From positions 41,305 through 105,304 of the forward strand of contig CAZINY010000001.1 of NCBI GenBank assembly GCA_964540735.1: a stretch of DNA of 64,000 nucleotides. The letters are read 5' to 3'. How positions within the stretch are numbered: the first letter of the stretch is position 1; each line of letters starts with the position of its first letter. The notes beneath the pieces were generated by a model that was given only the letters and a program-made list of their open reading frames with translations, was not told the DNA's origin and made no database searches. Positions 34,657-43,951 of this stretch are shown piece after piece. Position numbers and translations under genes: made by a program. The stretch is from an uncultured Oscillospiraceae bacterium. Lineage in GTDB: Bacteria > Bacillota > Clostridia > Christensenellales > Aristaeellaceae.

Positions 34657-36246
34657 TTACTTGGTCTTTTCCAGATATTCTTCGTAGTTGCAATAATAGT
34701 CGGCGATGGTGCCGTCAGGCTTGATTTCAATGATGCGGTCGGCAATGGTGGTGATAAACTGGTGGTCCTGGCTGGTGAAAAGCACGTTGCCGGGGAAGTT
34801 GATCAAGCCGTTGTTTACCGCAGTAATGGACTCCAGATCCAGATGGTTGGTGGGCTGATCCAGCATGAGGAAGTTGGCCCCGGAGAGCATCATCCGGGAA
34901 AGCATCACGCGCACCTTTTCGCCGCCGGAGAGCACGGACACAGGCTTGTACACATCATCGCCGGAGAAAAGCATCCGTCCCAGGAAGCCGCGCATGTAGG
35001 ATTCCAGCTGCTCGGGAGAATATTGGGCAAACCACTCCATCATGTTCAGCTTGCAGCCTTCAAAGAACTTGCTGTTGTCCTTGGGGAAGTAGCTGGTGGA
35101 AATGGTTACGCCCCATTTGAAGGAGCCGCTATCGGGAATCAATTCCTCGTTCAGAATTTTGAACAGGGCGGTCTGCGCCTGCTCGTTGCCGCCAACCAGG
35201 GCAATCTTCTCGCCCTTGTTGACAATGAAGGATACGTCCTTGAGCAGCTGAACGCCATCCTGGGTATAGCAGAGGTTTTCCACCTTGAGAATGTCCTTGC
35301 CAGCTTCCCGGTCGGGGGTAAAGCACACCCAGGGATACCGGCGGGAGGAAGCGGGCATCTGCTCCACCGTGAGCTGGTCCAGCATCTTCTTGCGGCTGGT
35401 GGCCTGTTTCGCCTTGGACTTGTTGGAGGAGAAGCGCTGGATGAAGGCCTGCAATTCCTTGATCTTGTCCTCGCGGCGCTTCTTCTGGTCGTTCATGATG
35501 GACTGCATGAGCTTGCTGGACTCGTACCAGAAATCATAGTTGCCCACGTAGAGCTTGACCTGGTTGTAGTCGATATCCACAATGTGGGTGCAGATGTTGT
35601 TCAGGAACCAGCGGTCATGGCTGACCACGATGAGCGTGCCGGGGAAATCCATCAAAAAATCTTCCAGCCAGGTAACGGACTTGTTGTCCAGGTTGTTGGT
35701 AGGCTCGTCCAGCAGCAGGATATCCGGATGGCCGAACAGCGCCTGAGCCAGCAGCACCTTCACTTTTTCACCGCCGGTGAGCTCGCCCATCAGGGTATAG
35801 TGAAGGCTTTCGCCAATTCCCAGGCCCTGGAGCAGGGTAGCGGCGTCGCTCTCGGCATTCCAGCCGTCCATCTCGGCGAACTCGCCCTCCAGCTCGGCGG
35901 CTTTTTCGCCGTCGGCCTCGGAGAAGTCGGGCTTGGCGTAAAGGGCGTCCTTTTCCTTCATAATGTCATACAGCCGCTGGTTGCCCATGATCACCGTGTC
36001 CAGCACGGTATAGGCGTCGTACTGGAATTGGTTCTGCTTCAGGGTGGACAACCGTTCATTGGCCGGGATGGTTACGGTGCCGGTGGTGGGTTCCAGCTCC
36101 CCGGAAAGAATCCGCAAGAAGGTGGATTTGCCAGCGCCGTTGGCGCCGATGATGCCGTAGCAGTTGCCGGGCAGGAACTTCAAATCCGCGCCGGAGAACA
36201 GCTTCTGTCCTCCGAAGGTCAGGGAAACGTTGCTGACTGTGATCAT
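34657..36246 (-). CDS. ABC-F family ATPase (two ABC domains, no TMD)
   Basis: Two Walker A motifs (GANGAGKST, GGNEQAQTA degenerate), LSGGE signatures and an interdomain linker. Confidence 0.9.
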   Translation of the reverse strand: MITVSNVSLTFGGQKLFSGADLKFLPGNCYGIIGANGAGKSTFLRILSGELEPTTGTVTIPANERLSTLKQNQFQYDAYTVLDTVIMGNQRLYDIMKEKDALYAKPDFSEADGEKAAELEGEFAEMDGWNAESDAATLLQGLGIGESLHYTLMGELTGGEKVKVLLAQALFGHPDILLLDEPTNNLDNKSVTWLEDFLMDFPGTLIVVSHDRWFLNNICTHIVDIDYNQVKLYVGNYDFWYESSKLMQSIMNDQKKRREDKIKELQAFIQRFSSNKSKAKQATSRKKMLDQLTVEQMPASSRRYPWVCFTPDREAGKDILKVENLCYTQDGVQLLKDVSFIVNKGEKIALVGGNEQAQTALFKILNEELIPDSGSFKWGVTISTSYFPKDNSKFFEGCKLNMMEWFAQYSPEQLESYMRGFLGRMLFSGDDVYKPVSVLSGGEKVRVMLSRMMLSGANFLMLDQPTNHLDLESITAVNNGLINFPGNVLFTSQDHQFITTIADRIIEIKPDGTIADYYCNYEEYLEKTK

Positions 36247-36292
36247 TTTGACTCCTATTTTCCTTCCGATATTTGGTTTTGCACCATTTGCT

Positions 36293-36301
36293 ATCATACC
36301 A
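36293..36301 (-). promoter_or_regulatory. Extended -10 element of the ABC-F gene promoter
   Basis: TGGTATGAT on the minus strand, about 45 nt upstream of the ATG. Confidence 0.5.
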
Positions 36302-36330
36302 TATTTTTACGGGAAAGGGAACAGGGAAAA

Positions 36331-36372
36331 GCAAAGGATTTTCAGGAAAATGCAAAGGATTTTCAGGAAAAA
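36331..36372. repeat. Tandem 21-bp direct repeat (x2) upstream of the ABC-F promoter
   Basis: GCAAAGGATTTTCAGGAAAAT followed by GCAAAGGATTTTCAGGAAAAA, 20/21 identical. Confidence 0.9.
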
Positions 36373-36626
36373 AGAAGCGTGGATTCAGGCATGGATCCGG
36401 CAGGGGAAAAGGCTGGCAAGGGTGAAAAAACGCCGGTCCGGCAAGGTTCCCTTGTGTTCGTCAGATGAATTTTTACAAAAGTGTTTCCAGCAAGCGGCAA
36501 AGTGTGCTATAATGCAAAATGGATTGTCTTACGGATACCGCGAGAAAAGGCAGAGCGGTTCCGCGGGACGGTCCCGCGACGCCGCAGGCGTTGCGCAAAC
36601 GAGGGATACGGCGGGAGGCGCGCAAG

Positions 36627-37241
36627 GTGGAAGCCATCATTCTTGCGTCGGGTTCGCCCCGGCGAAGTCAGATCCTTACGCAAATGGGCGTCGCTTTTGA
36701 AAAGCACGCTGCGGAGGTGGACGAACGCTGCGCCCTGGGCGCGCGGGAAGCGGTAGCGGAGCTGAGCCGCCGGAAGGCGGCGGCGGTTGCCGCGCAGTTT
36801 CCGGGCCGCATCGTCCTGGCGGCAGATACCTTGGTCGCGCTGGAAAACCAGCCGTTGGGGAAACCAAAGGATGAAGAAGACGCCTGCCGGATGCTGGAGC
36901 GGCTATCCGGGCGGGAGCATCAAGTGTATACCGGCGTGTGCGTGGTAGACGCGCAGGGAAGATCGTTCAGCGGCGTGGACGCCACGGACGTTTGTTTCAA
37001 GCGCTTGACAGCGGAAGAGATACGCGCCTACGTGCAAACCGGCGAGCCCATGGATAAAGCGGGGGCGTATGCCCTGCAGGGCGGAGCCGGACGCTGGGTG
37101 ACGCAAGTGCGGGGGAGCCGTTCCAACGTAATCGGTCTGCCCTGGGAGCTGACCCGGACGCTGTTGGCGTTGGCAGGGGTACGGCTGCATCTGGGCAAGG
37201 AACAGGATGGGATGATGAAACATGGCGCTGATAGCACCTGA
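36627..37241 (+). CDS. maf: Maf-like nucleoside triphosphate pyrophosphatase
   Basis: ILASGSPRR and DKAGAYALQG motifs. GTG start with a GGGAGG RBS. The 3' end overlaps mreB. Confidence 0.85.
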   Translation: MEAIILASGSPRRSQILTQMGVAFEKHAAEVDERCALGAREAVAELSRRKAAAVAAQFPGRIVLAADTLVALENQPLGKPKDEEDACRMLERLSGREHQVYTGVCVVDAQGRSFSGVDATDVCFKRLTAEEIRAYVQTGEPMDKAGAYALQGGAGRWVTQVRGSRSNVIGLPWELTRTLLALAGVRLHLGKEQDGMMKHGADST

Positions 37242-38250
37242 AATTGGAATTGACCTGGGGACCTCCAATACCATGGTATACGTTCGCGGGCGGGGCATTG
37301 TGGTAAGCGAGCCCACCATTGTGGTCATTGACAGCGACAATAAACGCAACGTGCGCGCCGTAGGCGATGAAGCGGAGATTTTGCTGGGGCGCACGGGGGA
37401 CAAGCTGGTGGCTGTCCGTCCCATCAAGGCCGGCAGCATTGATAACTTTGATATGGCGGAGATACTCCTGCAGTATTTTATCCGCAAGGCCATTGGCGTC
37501 AGCCATGTCATCAAGCCCAAGGTGCTGGTCAGCGTGCCATGCACCTTGCCCATGGTAGCCCGAAAGGCGGTTACCGAAGCGGCCACCATGGCGGGCGCGA
37601 AAACCGTTTATCTGATTGAAAAGCCCTTTGCTTCCGCAATCGGGTCCGGGCTGCCGGTTTACGAGCCTATTGGTTCCATGGTGGTGGATATCGGCGGAGG
37701 CACCACGGACGCGGCGGTGGTTTCCCTGGGCGGGCTGGTGGTGGCGCAGTCCATTCAGGTGGGCGGCATGAAAATGGACGAGGCCATCGTCAATTATATT
37801 AAGAAGGAATTTCAGGTCATGATCGGCGAAAGGACGGCGGAGGACGTCAAGCTGGACCTGGCCTCGGCGGTTCCGCTGAACGATCAGCGCCGGGTGAAGA
37901 TACGCGGCCGGGCAGTTAATTCGCCCATCCCGCAGGATATTGACTTCACCACTGCGCAGGCGGCCGAAGCCATCAAGGAACCGTGCATGGCGATTCTGGC
38001 GGCGATCAAGTGGGTGCTGGAGCGCACGCCGCCGGAGCTGGCCGCGGACATCATGCGCGGCGGCATCCATTTGACCGGCGGCGGCGCGCAGTTGTTTGGA
38101 CTGGATCAATATATCGCTACGGAGCTGGGGATTCCCGTGCTCCTAGCCAAGGAGCCCACGGACTGCGCAGCGTTGGGATTGGGTTATCTGGTGGAGAATC
38201 TTCAGCTGCTTCAATCCATCGGGAAGCAAGGCTTCATGCAGATGGAGTAA
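37222..38250 (+). CDS. mreB: Rod shape-determining protein MreB
   Basis: IGIDLGTSNT and VVDIGGGTTD actin-fold motifs. Confidence 0.95.
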   Translation: MALIAPEIGIDLGTSNTMVYVRGRGIVVSEPTIVVIDSDNKRNVRAVGDEAEILLGRTGDKLVAVRPIKAGSIDNFDMAEILLQYFIRKAIGVSHVIKPKVLVSVPCTLPMVARKAVTEAATMAGAKTVYLIEKPFASAIGSGLPVYEPIGSMVVDIGGGTTDAAVVSLGGLVVAQSIQVGGMKMDEAIVNYIKKEFQVMIGERTAEDVKLDLASAVPLNDQRRVKIRGRAVNSPIPQDIDFTTAQAAEAIKEPCMAILAAIKWVLERTPPELAADIMRGGIHLTGGGAQLFGLDQYIATELGIPVLLAKEPTDCAALGLGYLVENLQLLQSIGKQGFMQME

Positions 38251-38273
38251 AAGCGGCGGCACGGAGGTAAGCA

Positions 38274-39899
38274 ATGGCAAGAAATACGCAGCGACGTTTT
38301 CTGGACCGGGAACCGGCGGAATCCCAGAGCGGCTTGCACCTGTTTCAGCGCAAACGCGCCTTGAATCAGGAGGAGCAGGAACTGGACGCGGAGCAGAGCG
38401 ATATCAAAACCAGCGGCCTGGAGAGTATGGTTGCGCCGCGGGTGGAAGACGAGGACGCGCCTGATGTCCATGCCGCGGGCGGCCTGGAACAGATGATGGA
38501 CGAACGGGCGGATGAAGAAGACATTTCCGAGGAAGACCTGCGCCTGGACGACCGCTTTCTGGACGAAGAATTCCTGGAGGATGACGGCGAAGAGGACGTG
38601 GTGCGCCGCCGGGTCAAAAAGCCCAAGCGCGCCGGTGTCCGGGCGGTCAAGGTGAAGAAAAAGAAGCGCGAGATGCCCGGCTGGCTGCGCCGCGCCGGAA
38701 TCATGCTAGTAACGGTTGCGCTACTGCTGGTGCTGAGCTCTATGATACTTGCCCGCATCGTTGGCACCGATGAGGAAACTTCCGATGCCATCAAGGCGGC
38801 GACTGCCGCTCCGGAGAATTTTATTGCGCGGATCGTAACGCCGATACAATCCCTGTTCTCTAACTTTACGGAGAGCATCGCGGGCTACTTCCGTACGCTG
38901 AAACTTCGGGCGAATATTGAAACTGAGTATAACAACCTTCGCGCCGAAAACGAGCGGCTGGTATATGAAGCCATGCTGGCGAACGAGCTTCAGCAGAAGC
39001 TCACTGCCTATGAGAATATGTTTGACGAAGTATCCGCCAACGAGAGCATGAATCCCATCACGGCTACGGTGATTGGTCGGGCGGACGGCAACTACTTTTC
39101 CACCTTTACCATCAACCGCGGTACGCGGGACGGTGTGGAAGACTACATGGCCGTGACCATTTCCGGCGCTTTGATCGGCTATACGGAGAATACCAACGAA
39201 ACCAGCGCGCAGGTACGCGCCATCATCGACGGCGAAGCCTCCATTGCCGGGTTGATCCAGTCCAGCCGGGATCAGGGCACGGTACGGGGTACCCTGAGCA
39301 TTGACGGGACGCCCATGTGCCGCATGTATTACCTGCCGGAGGACCATCTGCCTCGACCGGGGGATACGGTGGTTACTTCCGGGGTTGGCATGTCCTTCCC
39401 CAAAGGGATCCCCATCGGCACGGTGCGGGAATCCACCCGGGGGATGGAAGCAAACAAACAGTACATTGTCGTGGAGCCCATAGCGGATTTTGAGCATATC
39501 GAATACGTGATCGTGCTGCGCTACAAGCCTACGGCGGAAGCTGTGCAGGGCCGGGAGAGCACCACGGACATCGAATTTGTGCCGCTGGAGACGAAACGCC
39601 CTGTGCCTACCCTCCGTATTGGTGGTAACAGCTCTTTCTTCGGCGCCACCGATACGCCCAATCCCGATGAGACGCCTACGCCCACGCCCAGCCCCACGCC
39701 GTCGCCCACGCCCAGTCCCACGCCCACCAGCATACCGTTGGTGACGCCCGAGGATACCGGCCCGGTGTACGAGTACGTGGTGGTGGATACTTCGGACGAG
39801 TCGGCTACCGATACGCCGGAGCCTACCGATACGCCCACGCCCAGTCCCACGCCTTACATCACCCTTTCGCCGGAGGATCTAACCTGGGAGGAGGATTAA
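38274..39899 (+). CDS. mreC: Rod shape-determining protein MreC with long acidic N-terminal and Pro/Thr-rich C-terminal extensions
   Basis: The core (ITATVIGR..VTSGVGMSFPKGIPIGTV) is MreC-like. About 130 aa of Asp/Glu/Arg-rich N-terminus and about 90 aa of PT-rich tail. Confidence 0.85.
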   Translation: MARNTQRRFLDREPAESQSGLHLFQRKRALNQEEQELDAEQSDIKTSGLESMVAPRVEDEDAPDVHAAGGLEQMMDERADEEDISEEDLRLDDRFLDEEFLEDDGEEDVVRRRVKKPKRAGVRAVKVKKKKREMPGWLRRAGIMLVTVALLLVLSSMILARIVGTDEETSDAIKAATAAPENFIARIVTPIQSLFSNFTESIAGYFRTLKLRANIETEYNNLRAENERLVYEAMLANELQQKLTAYENMFDEVSANESMNPITATVIGRADGNYFSTFTINRGTRDGVEDYMAVTISGALIGYTENTNETSAQVRAIIDGEASIAGLIQSSRDQGTVRGTLSIDGTPMCRMYYLPEDHLPRPGDTVVTSGVGMSFPKGIPIGTVRESTRGMEANKQYIVVEPIADFEHIEYVIVLRYKPTAEAVQGRESTTDIEFVPLETKRPVPTLRIGGNSSFFGATDTPNPDETPTPTPSPTPSPTPSPTPTSIPLVTPEDTGPVYEYVVVDTSDESATDTPEPTDTPTPSPTPYITLSPEDLTWEED

Positions 39900-39903
39900 G
39901 CGG

Positions 39904-40485
39904 ATGATCGGTATGCTATGGCGTGGCGGACGAAGATTCCTCTGCTTTATGGCGGTGGTCATGCTGGGATATCTGTGCCAGGTCTGCGTGATGCCGTATC
40001 TTGCTGTGAACGGCGTTACGCCCAGCATGCTCTTCGCCATTACGGCGATCGTAACGGTCTGTTACGGAAAGCTCAGGGCTTTCTGGGTAGGCGGCATGTA
40101 TGGCATTCTCATGGAGCTGATGCTTCCCAGCATTACCTTCTTCAACCTGCTGCTGTATCCCGTGGCGGCGATTTTCAGCTCCCTGCCCTTTGCGGATAAG
40201 AGCGACAAACGCCTGGAATACGAGCGTAGTGTGAACAAGCAGGCAAAGAACCTGAACCCCTACCTACGCACGGTATTGTGCGCGGGGTTGAATACCTTTA
40301 TTTACGAACTGATCAACCTGGTGTACGTGAGCCTGGGCGGTACGGTTCTGACGACGGACCATATAGGACGCGCCGTTTTGGATTTGCTGCTGACCATGGG
40401 ATTGGCCGGGGTACTCATGATCCCGGTACGGCATGTACTTGGTTTCGGCCGTAAGAAAAAGGCCGCGGTGCAGCTCGCGTCTTAA
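39904..40485 (+). CDS. mreD: Rod shape-determining protein MreD
   Basis: Small polytopic membrane protein directly after mreC. Confidence 0.75.
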   Translation: MIGMLWRGGRRFLCFMAVVMLGYLCQVCVMPYLAVNGVTPSMLFAITAIVTVCYGKLRAFWVGGMYGILMELMLPSITFFNLLLYPVAAIFSSLPFADKSDKRLEYERSVNKQAKNLNPYLRTVLCAGLNTFIYELINLVYVSLGGTVLTTDHIGRAVLDLLLTMGLAGVLMIPVRHVLGFGRKKKAAVQLAS

Positions 40486-40566
40486 GCGGGAAAAACACGC
40501 GCGGCTACTGGCGGCATCGTGCTGCTTTTCTACTGGGGCGGATACCGGCTCCGGAAAGGAGGAACA

Positions 40567-43125
40567 ATGTCGAAACTTAAGCCTGGCATGAGAGCGCGTT
40601 ACCTGATCTTTATTGTCGCTGTTTTCGGCATGTTTGCGTATTTGACCTACGGATTGGTGCAGCTGCAGCTGGTGCAGTCCGAGGAGTACAGCGAGACGGC
40701 GGAGAGCCGACGTACCAAAACGATCACCCTGCGGGGCAAGCGGGGTATGATCACCGACGCCGATTCGGTTATCCTAGCCAACGACGAGTATATTTACAAC
40801 GTTACGTTCTACAAGGATGCGTCCTCCCTTACCAGGGCGCAATATGCCGTATTCAGTCAATCCATTGTGGATACCATTGAGATCATCGAGCGTAACGGCG
40901 GGGCGCTCTGCGTGGATTTTGTCATTGAACGCGACCCCGAAACCAACGAATGGATTTTCAACTTTGGTTCCGGAGTCAGCGAGAGCGTGCTGGCGACCCG
41001 TGAAAAGCAATGGCGCTCCAATAACTACCTTACCAGTATGACCAGCTATGAAACGGCGGAGCAGTGCATCGAAGCTCTGAAAAAGCGCTTCCGCCTGGCG
41101 AACACGCAGGCGGAAGCGGATGCATGGGAAGCCGCGGAGGAAGCCAGCGGCCTGAGTCATGCAGATAGTTTGGTGGTGGACGAAACCACCATGCTCAAGG
41201 TCATGGCCGTTTACTCCGAAATGCAGATGAACGTGTTCAACTCGCAGCCCATTACCATTGCGGAAAACGTGAAGTATGAAACGGTCATCGAAGTAGAAAC
41301 GCGCTCCATGAATCTGTCCGGTATGGAAATTGCCGTGGGTACCAAGCGGGTTTATCCCCGCAGCACCCTGGCCGCGCAGGTCATCGGATACATCGGCGCC
41401 ATTCCCAGCCAGTCCAGCTGGGAGACCTATCAGGCCAAGGGGTACAGCTATAACGACAAGATCGGCCGCGACGGCATCGAAAGCTCCATGGAGGACTGGC
41501 TTACCCAGAATTCTTCCCTGAAGCAGGGAAGCCGTGTGGTGGAGCGGGATAACCTCTCCCAGATTGTGCGCGAGCTGAGCTATACCGAGCCTCAGGATGG
41601 CAATAATGTGAAACTGACCCTGATCGCCAGCTATCAGCAGCAGGCGGAACGGGCCATTGCCGATAACGTAGCTAATACCCGCACCACCCAGGAAGCGAAA
41701 ATGGTAAACGAGGACTGGCTGGAAGACAACAAGTCGGATATCGCCAACCGCAACTGGGAGAAATATCCCCTGGCACTGGCCGAACATGGCGCCATGGTAG
41801 TGGTGGACATGGAAGGCCGCGTGCTGGCCATGGCCAACTATCCTACTTACGATCTCAACGCGCTGGTTGCCGGCGGCAAGGAGGCCATGGAAATTCTGGG
41901 TGATTCGCGTAATTTGCTGATGAATTACGCCATCCATGCCCGCGGCACGCCCGGTTCCATTTTCAAGATGGTCACCAGCATTGCCGCGCTGGCAGAGGGC
42001 GAACTGACGCCTACGGAGCGCATTAACGACGAAGGTTACTTTACCGAATACAACAAGGATATATCCACCGCGCCAAAGTGCTGGATCAGCGCCGGCAGCC
42101 GGTGGCGGCATCAAAACCAAACCATTGTCGAGGGACTGTCCAACTCCTGCAACTACTTTTTCTATACCCTGGGCAGCCGGCTGGGGGAGGAGCGACTATA
42201 CCGTTATGCCTCCCTGCTGGGATTGACCAGCAAGACCGGTCTGGATTTGCCCGGCGAGGTGCGCAGCGTGGTAGGCTGCCAGACCAGCCTGTACGATACC
42301 ACCAAGGCCATGAACGAGGCCAGTCAGGACACGTCCTTACCCATCATCGTGTTTAACGCCATCAAGACGCACCTGAAGAACTGCGGCGCCAGCCGGGGTA
42401 TGGAATATACGGACGAGCGCCTGAGCGCCTGCGCCAAGCGTCTGATGGATATGGCCGTGAATTATCCCGAAGGCGAGTGGCTGGATAATATGCGCACCAT
42501 CCTCATGGAAGAATTGAATATGACCAAGGAAATGGTGTATTTGCAGGCGGTGATCGGCGACACCTACCTGTACATGAACGACGTGAAGTGGGGCGGCGCC
42601 CAGACCATATTGACGGCCATTGGCCAGTCGGTTACGGTGCTTACCCCGGCGGCGGTTGCACGCTATGTGTGCGCTGTGGCCAATGGCGGTAAGGTGTACA
42701 ACCTGAGTATTGTGGACGCCATTACCAGCCCCGAGGGTGAAATACTTTCCCAGCGCACGCCCACGTTGATTAATGACTTGGATTACCCCGAATATTGGTC
42801 GCTGATACACCAGGGGATGAAGGGCGTTGTGGACGAATCCGGTACCGCAAGCAAATACTTCAAAAATTGGGAATACAGGGAGCAAATTGCAGCTAAAACA
42901 GGTACTGCGGAAGTTACGACCATCGACCTGGAAAACAACGCCTGGTTCGTTGCTTTCGCGCCCTATGACGAACCGGAAATCGCCGTGGCGGTATTTATAC
43001 CCAACGGTTTCTCCGGCGGCGAAGCCTCTTTGGCAGCCAGGGAATTTATTGACTGGTACATGAATCAGAAGAATTTGCGCACCACTGATTACACGTTGCC
43101 ATATGGCAACTCGGTGGCGCCCTGA
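40567..43125 (+). CDS. mrdA: Penicillin-binding protein 2 (elongation transpeptidase), unusually long
   Basis: N-terminal TM, PBP dimerisation domain, SIFK (SxxK), SNS-type and KTGTAE motifs. Confidence 0.9.
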   Translation: MSKLKPGMRARYLIFIVAVFGMFAYLTYGLVQLQLVQSEEYSETAESRRTKTITLRGKRGMITDADSVILANDEYIYNVTFYKDASSLTRAQYAVFSQSIVDTIEIIERNGGALCVDFVIERDPETNEWIFNFGSGVSESVLATREKQWRSNNYLTSMTSYETAEQCIEALKKRFRLANTQAEADAWEAAEEASGLSHADSLVVDETTMLKVMAVYSEMQMNVFNSQPITIAENVKYETVIEVETRSMNLSGMEIAVGTKRVYPRSTLAAQVIGYIGAIPSQSSWETYQAKGYSYNDKIGRDGIESSMEDWLTQNSSLKQGSRVVERDNLSQIVRELSYTEPQDGNNVKLTLIASYQQQAERAIADNVANTRTTQEAKMVNEDWLEDNKSDIANRNWEKYPLALAEHGAMVVVDMEGRVLAMANYPTYDLNALVAGGKEAMEILGDSRNLLMNYAIHARGTPGSIFKMVTSIAALAEGELTPTERINDEGYFTEYNKDISTAPKCWISAGSRWRHQNQTIVEGLSNSCNYFFYTLGSRLGEERLYRYASLLGLTSKTGLDLPGEVRSVVGCQTSLYDTTKAMNEASQDTSLPIIVFNAIKTHLKNCGASRGMEYTDERLSACAKRLMDMAVNYPEGEWLDNMRTILMEELNMTKEMVYLQAVIGDTYLYMNDVKWGGAQTILTAIGQSVTVLTPAAVARYVCAVANGGKVYNLSIVDAITSPEGEILSQRTPTLINDLDYPEYWSLIHQGMKGVVDESGTASKYFKNWEYREQIAAKTGTAEVTTIDLENNAWFVAFAPYDEPEIAVAVFIPNGFSGGEASLAAREFIDWYMNQKNLRTTDYTLPYGNSVAP

Positions 43126-43144
43126 CGGAAAGGAAGGAATCACC

Positions 43145-43951
43145 ATGGCAAAGGCATGGCTTATTGCTTCCGGCAAGGGCGGCGTGGGAAAATCCATGAC
43201 CAGCGCCTGCCTGGCCGTAGCGCTGTCCCGTATGGGACAGCGCACGGTGGTGGTGGACGCGGATATTGGCCTGCGGGATCAGGACGCAATCCTGGGGTTG
43301 GAAAACCGTGTGGTTTACGATGTGCTGGATGTAATCGGCAAGGGATGTACCTTGAGCCAGGCGCTGATCCAGCACTCCCTGTACGACAACCTGAGCCTGT
43401 TGCCGGCCTCCCAGTTCGCGCGGGTGAAAAACTTGGACCCCAAGGGTTTTCGTAAAGTGGTGGCGCAATTAAAGGAGCGCTTCGACCAGGTGCTCATTGA
43501 TTGTCCGGCCGGCGTTGAACGCGGGCTGCGGGGCGTGGTGGACGCCGCTGACGAGGTGGTGCTGATCTCCACTCCCGACGATGTCTGCATCCGTGATGTT
43601 GAAAAAACCGCCGCGGTGCTGGCGCAAAAAAAAGCGCCCCGTCCCTGGCTGATTGTGAACCGTTTGATGCCGGAGCTGATTCTCGCGGGAGAAATGTACA
43701 GCGCCCGGGTGGTCGCGCAAACCCTGGATATGCAACTTCTGGGAGAGATTCCGCAGGACGATATGATTTATCGCGCGCTGCTTAAGCATATGTCGCCCAT
43801 GGAGGTGGACTGTGAGGGCAGGCGTGCTCTGGAACGCATTGCCAAGCGCATGGCGGGCCAACAGACGCCGCTACCGGACTATGGCAAGGCGCAGGGCGGG
43901 TTGCTGGGGCGGCTGTTCCGGCGAAAGGTGAAGGTGATGAGGCTCCAATGA
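43145..43951 (+). CDS. minD: Septum site-determining ATPase MinD
   Basis: Deviant Walker A SGKGGVGKS. The C-terminus LLGRLFRRKVKV is an amphipathic helix. Confidence 0.9.
   Translation: MAKAWLIASGKGGVGKSMTSACLAVALSRMGQRTVVVDADIGLRDQDAILGLENRVVYDVLDVIGKGCTLSQALIQHSLYDNLSLLPASQFARVKNLDPKGFRKVVAQLKERFDQVLIDCPAGVERGLRGVVDAADEVVLISTPDDVCIRDVEKTAAVLAQKKAPRPWLIVNRLMPELILAGEMYSARVVAQTLDMQLLGEIPQDDMIYRALLKHMSPMEVDCEGRRALERIAKRMAGQQTPLPDYGKAQGGLLGRLFRRKVKVMRLQ

Noticed and set aside
34657-36246. ABC-F protein as an antibiotic-resistance (ARE) ribosome-protection gene
   Set aside because: The predicted 5' UTR is only about 40 nt, with no leader peptide or attenuator hairpins of the kind typical of inducible ARE genes. 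It is more likely a housekeeping translation-factor-type ABC-F. Sequence alone cannot exclude ARE function.
36164-36756. ORFs 36164..36700 and 36481..36756 spanning the ABC-F/maf intergenic region
   Set aside because: They cross the tandem 21-mer, the ABC-F promoter and the maf RBS. They have no RBS of their own and a Lys/Arg-rich low-complexity translation.
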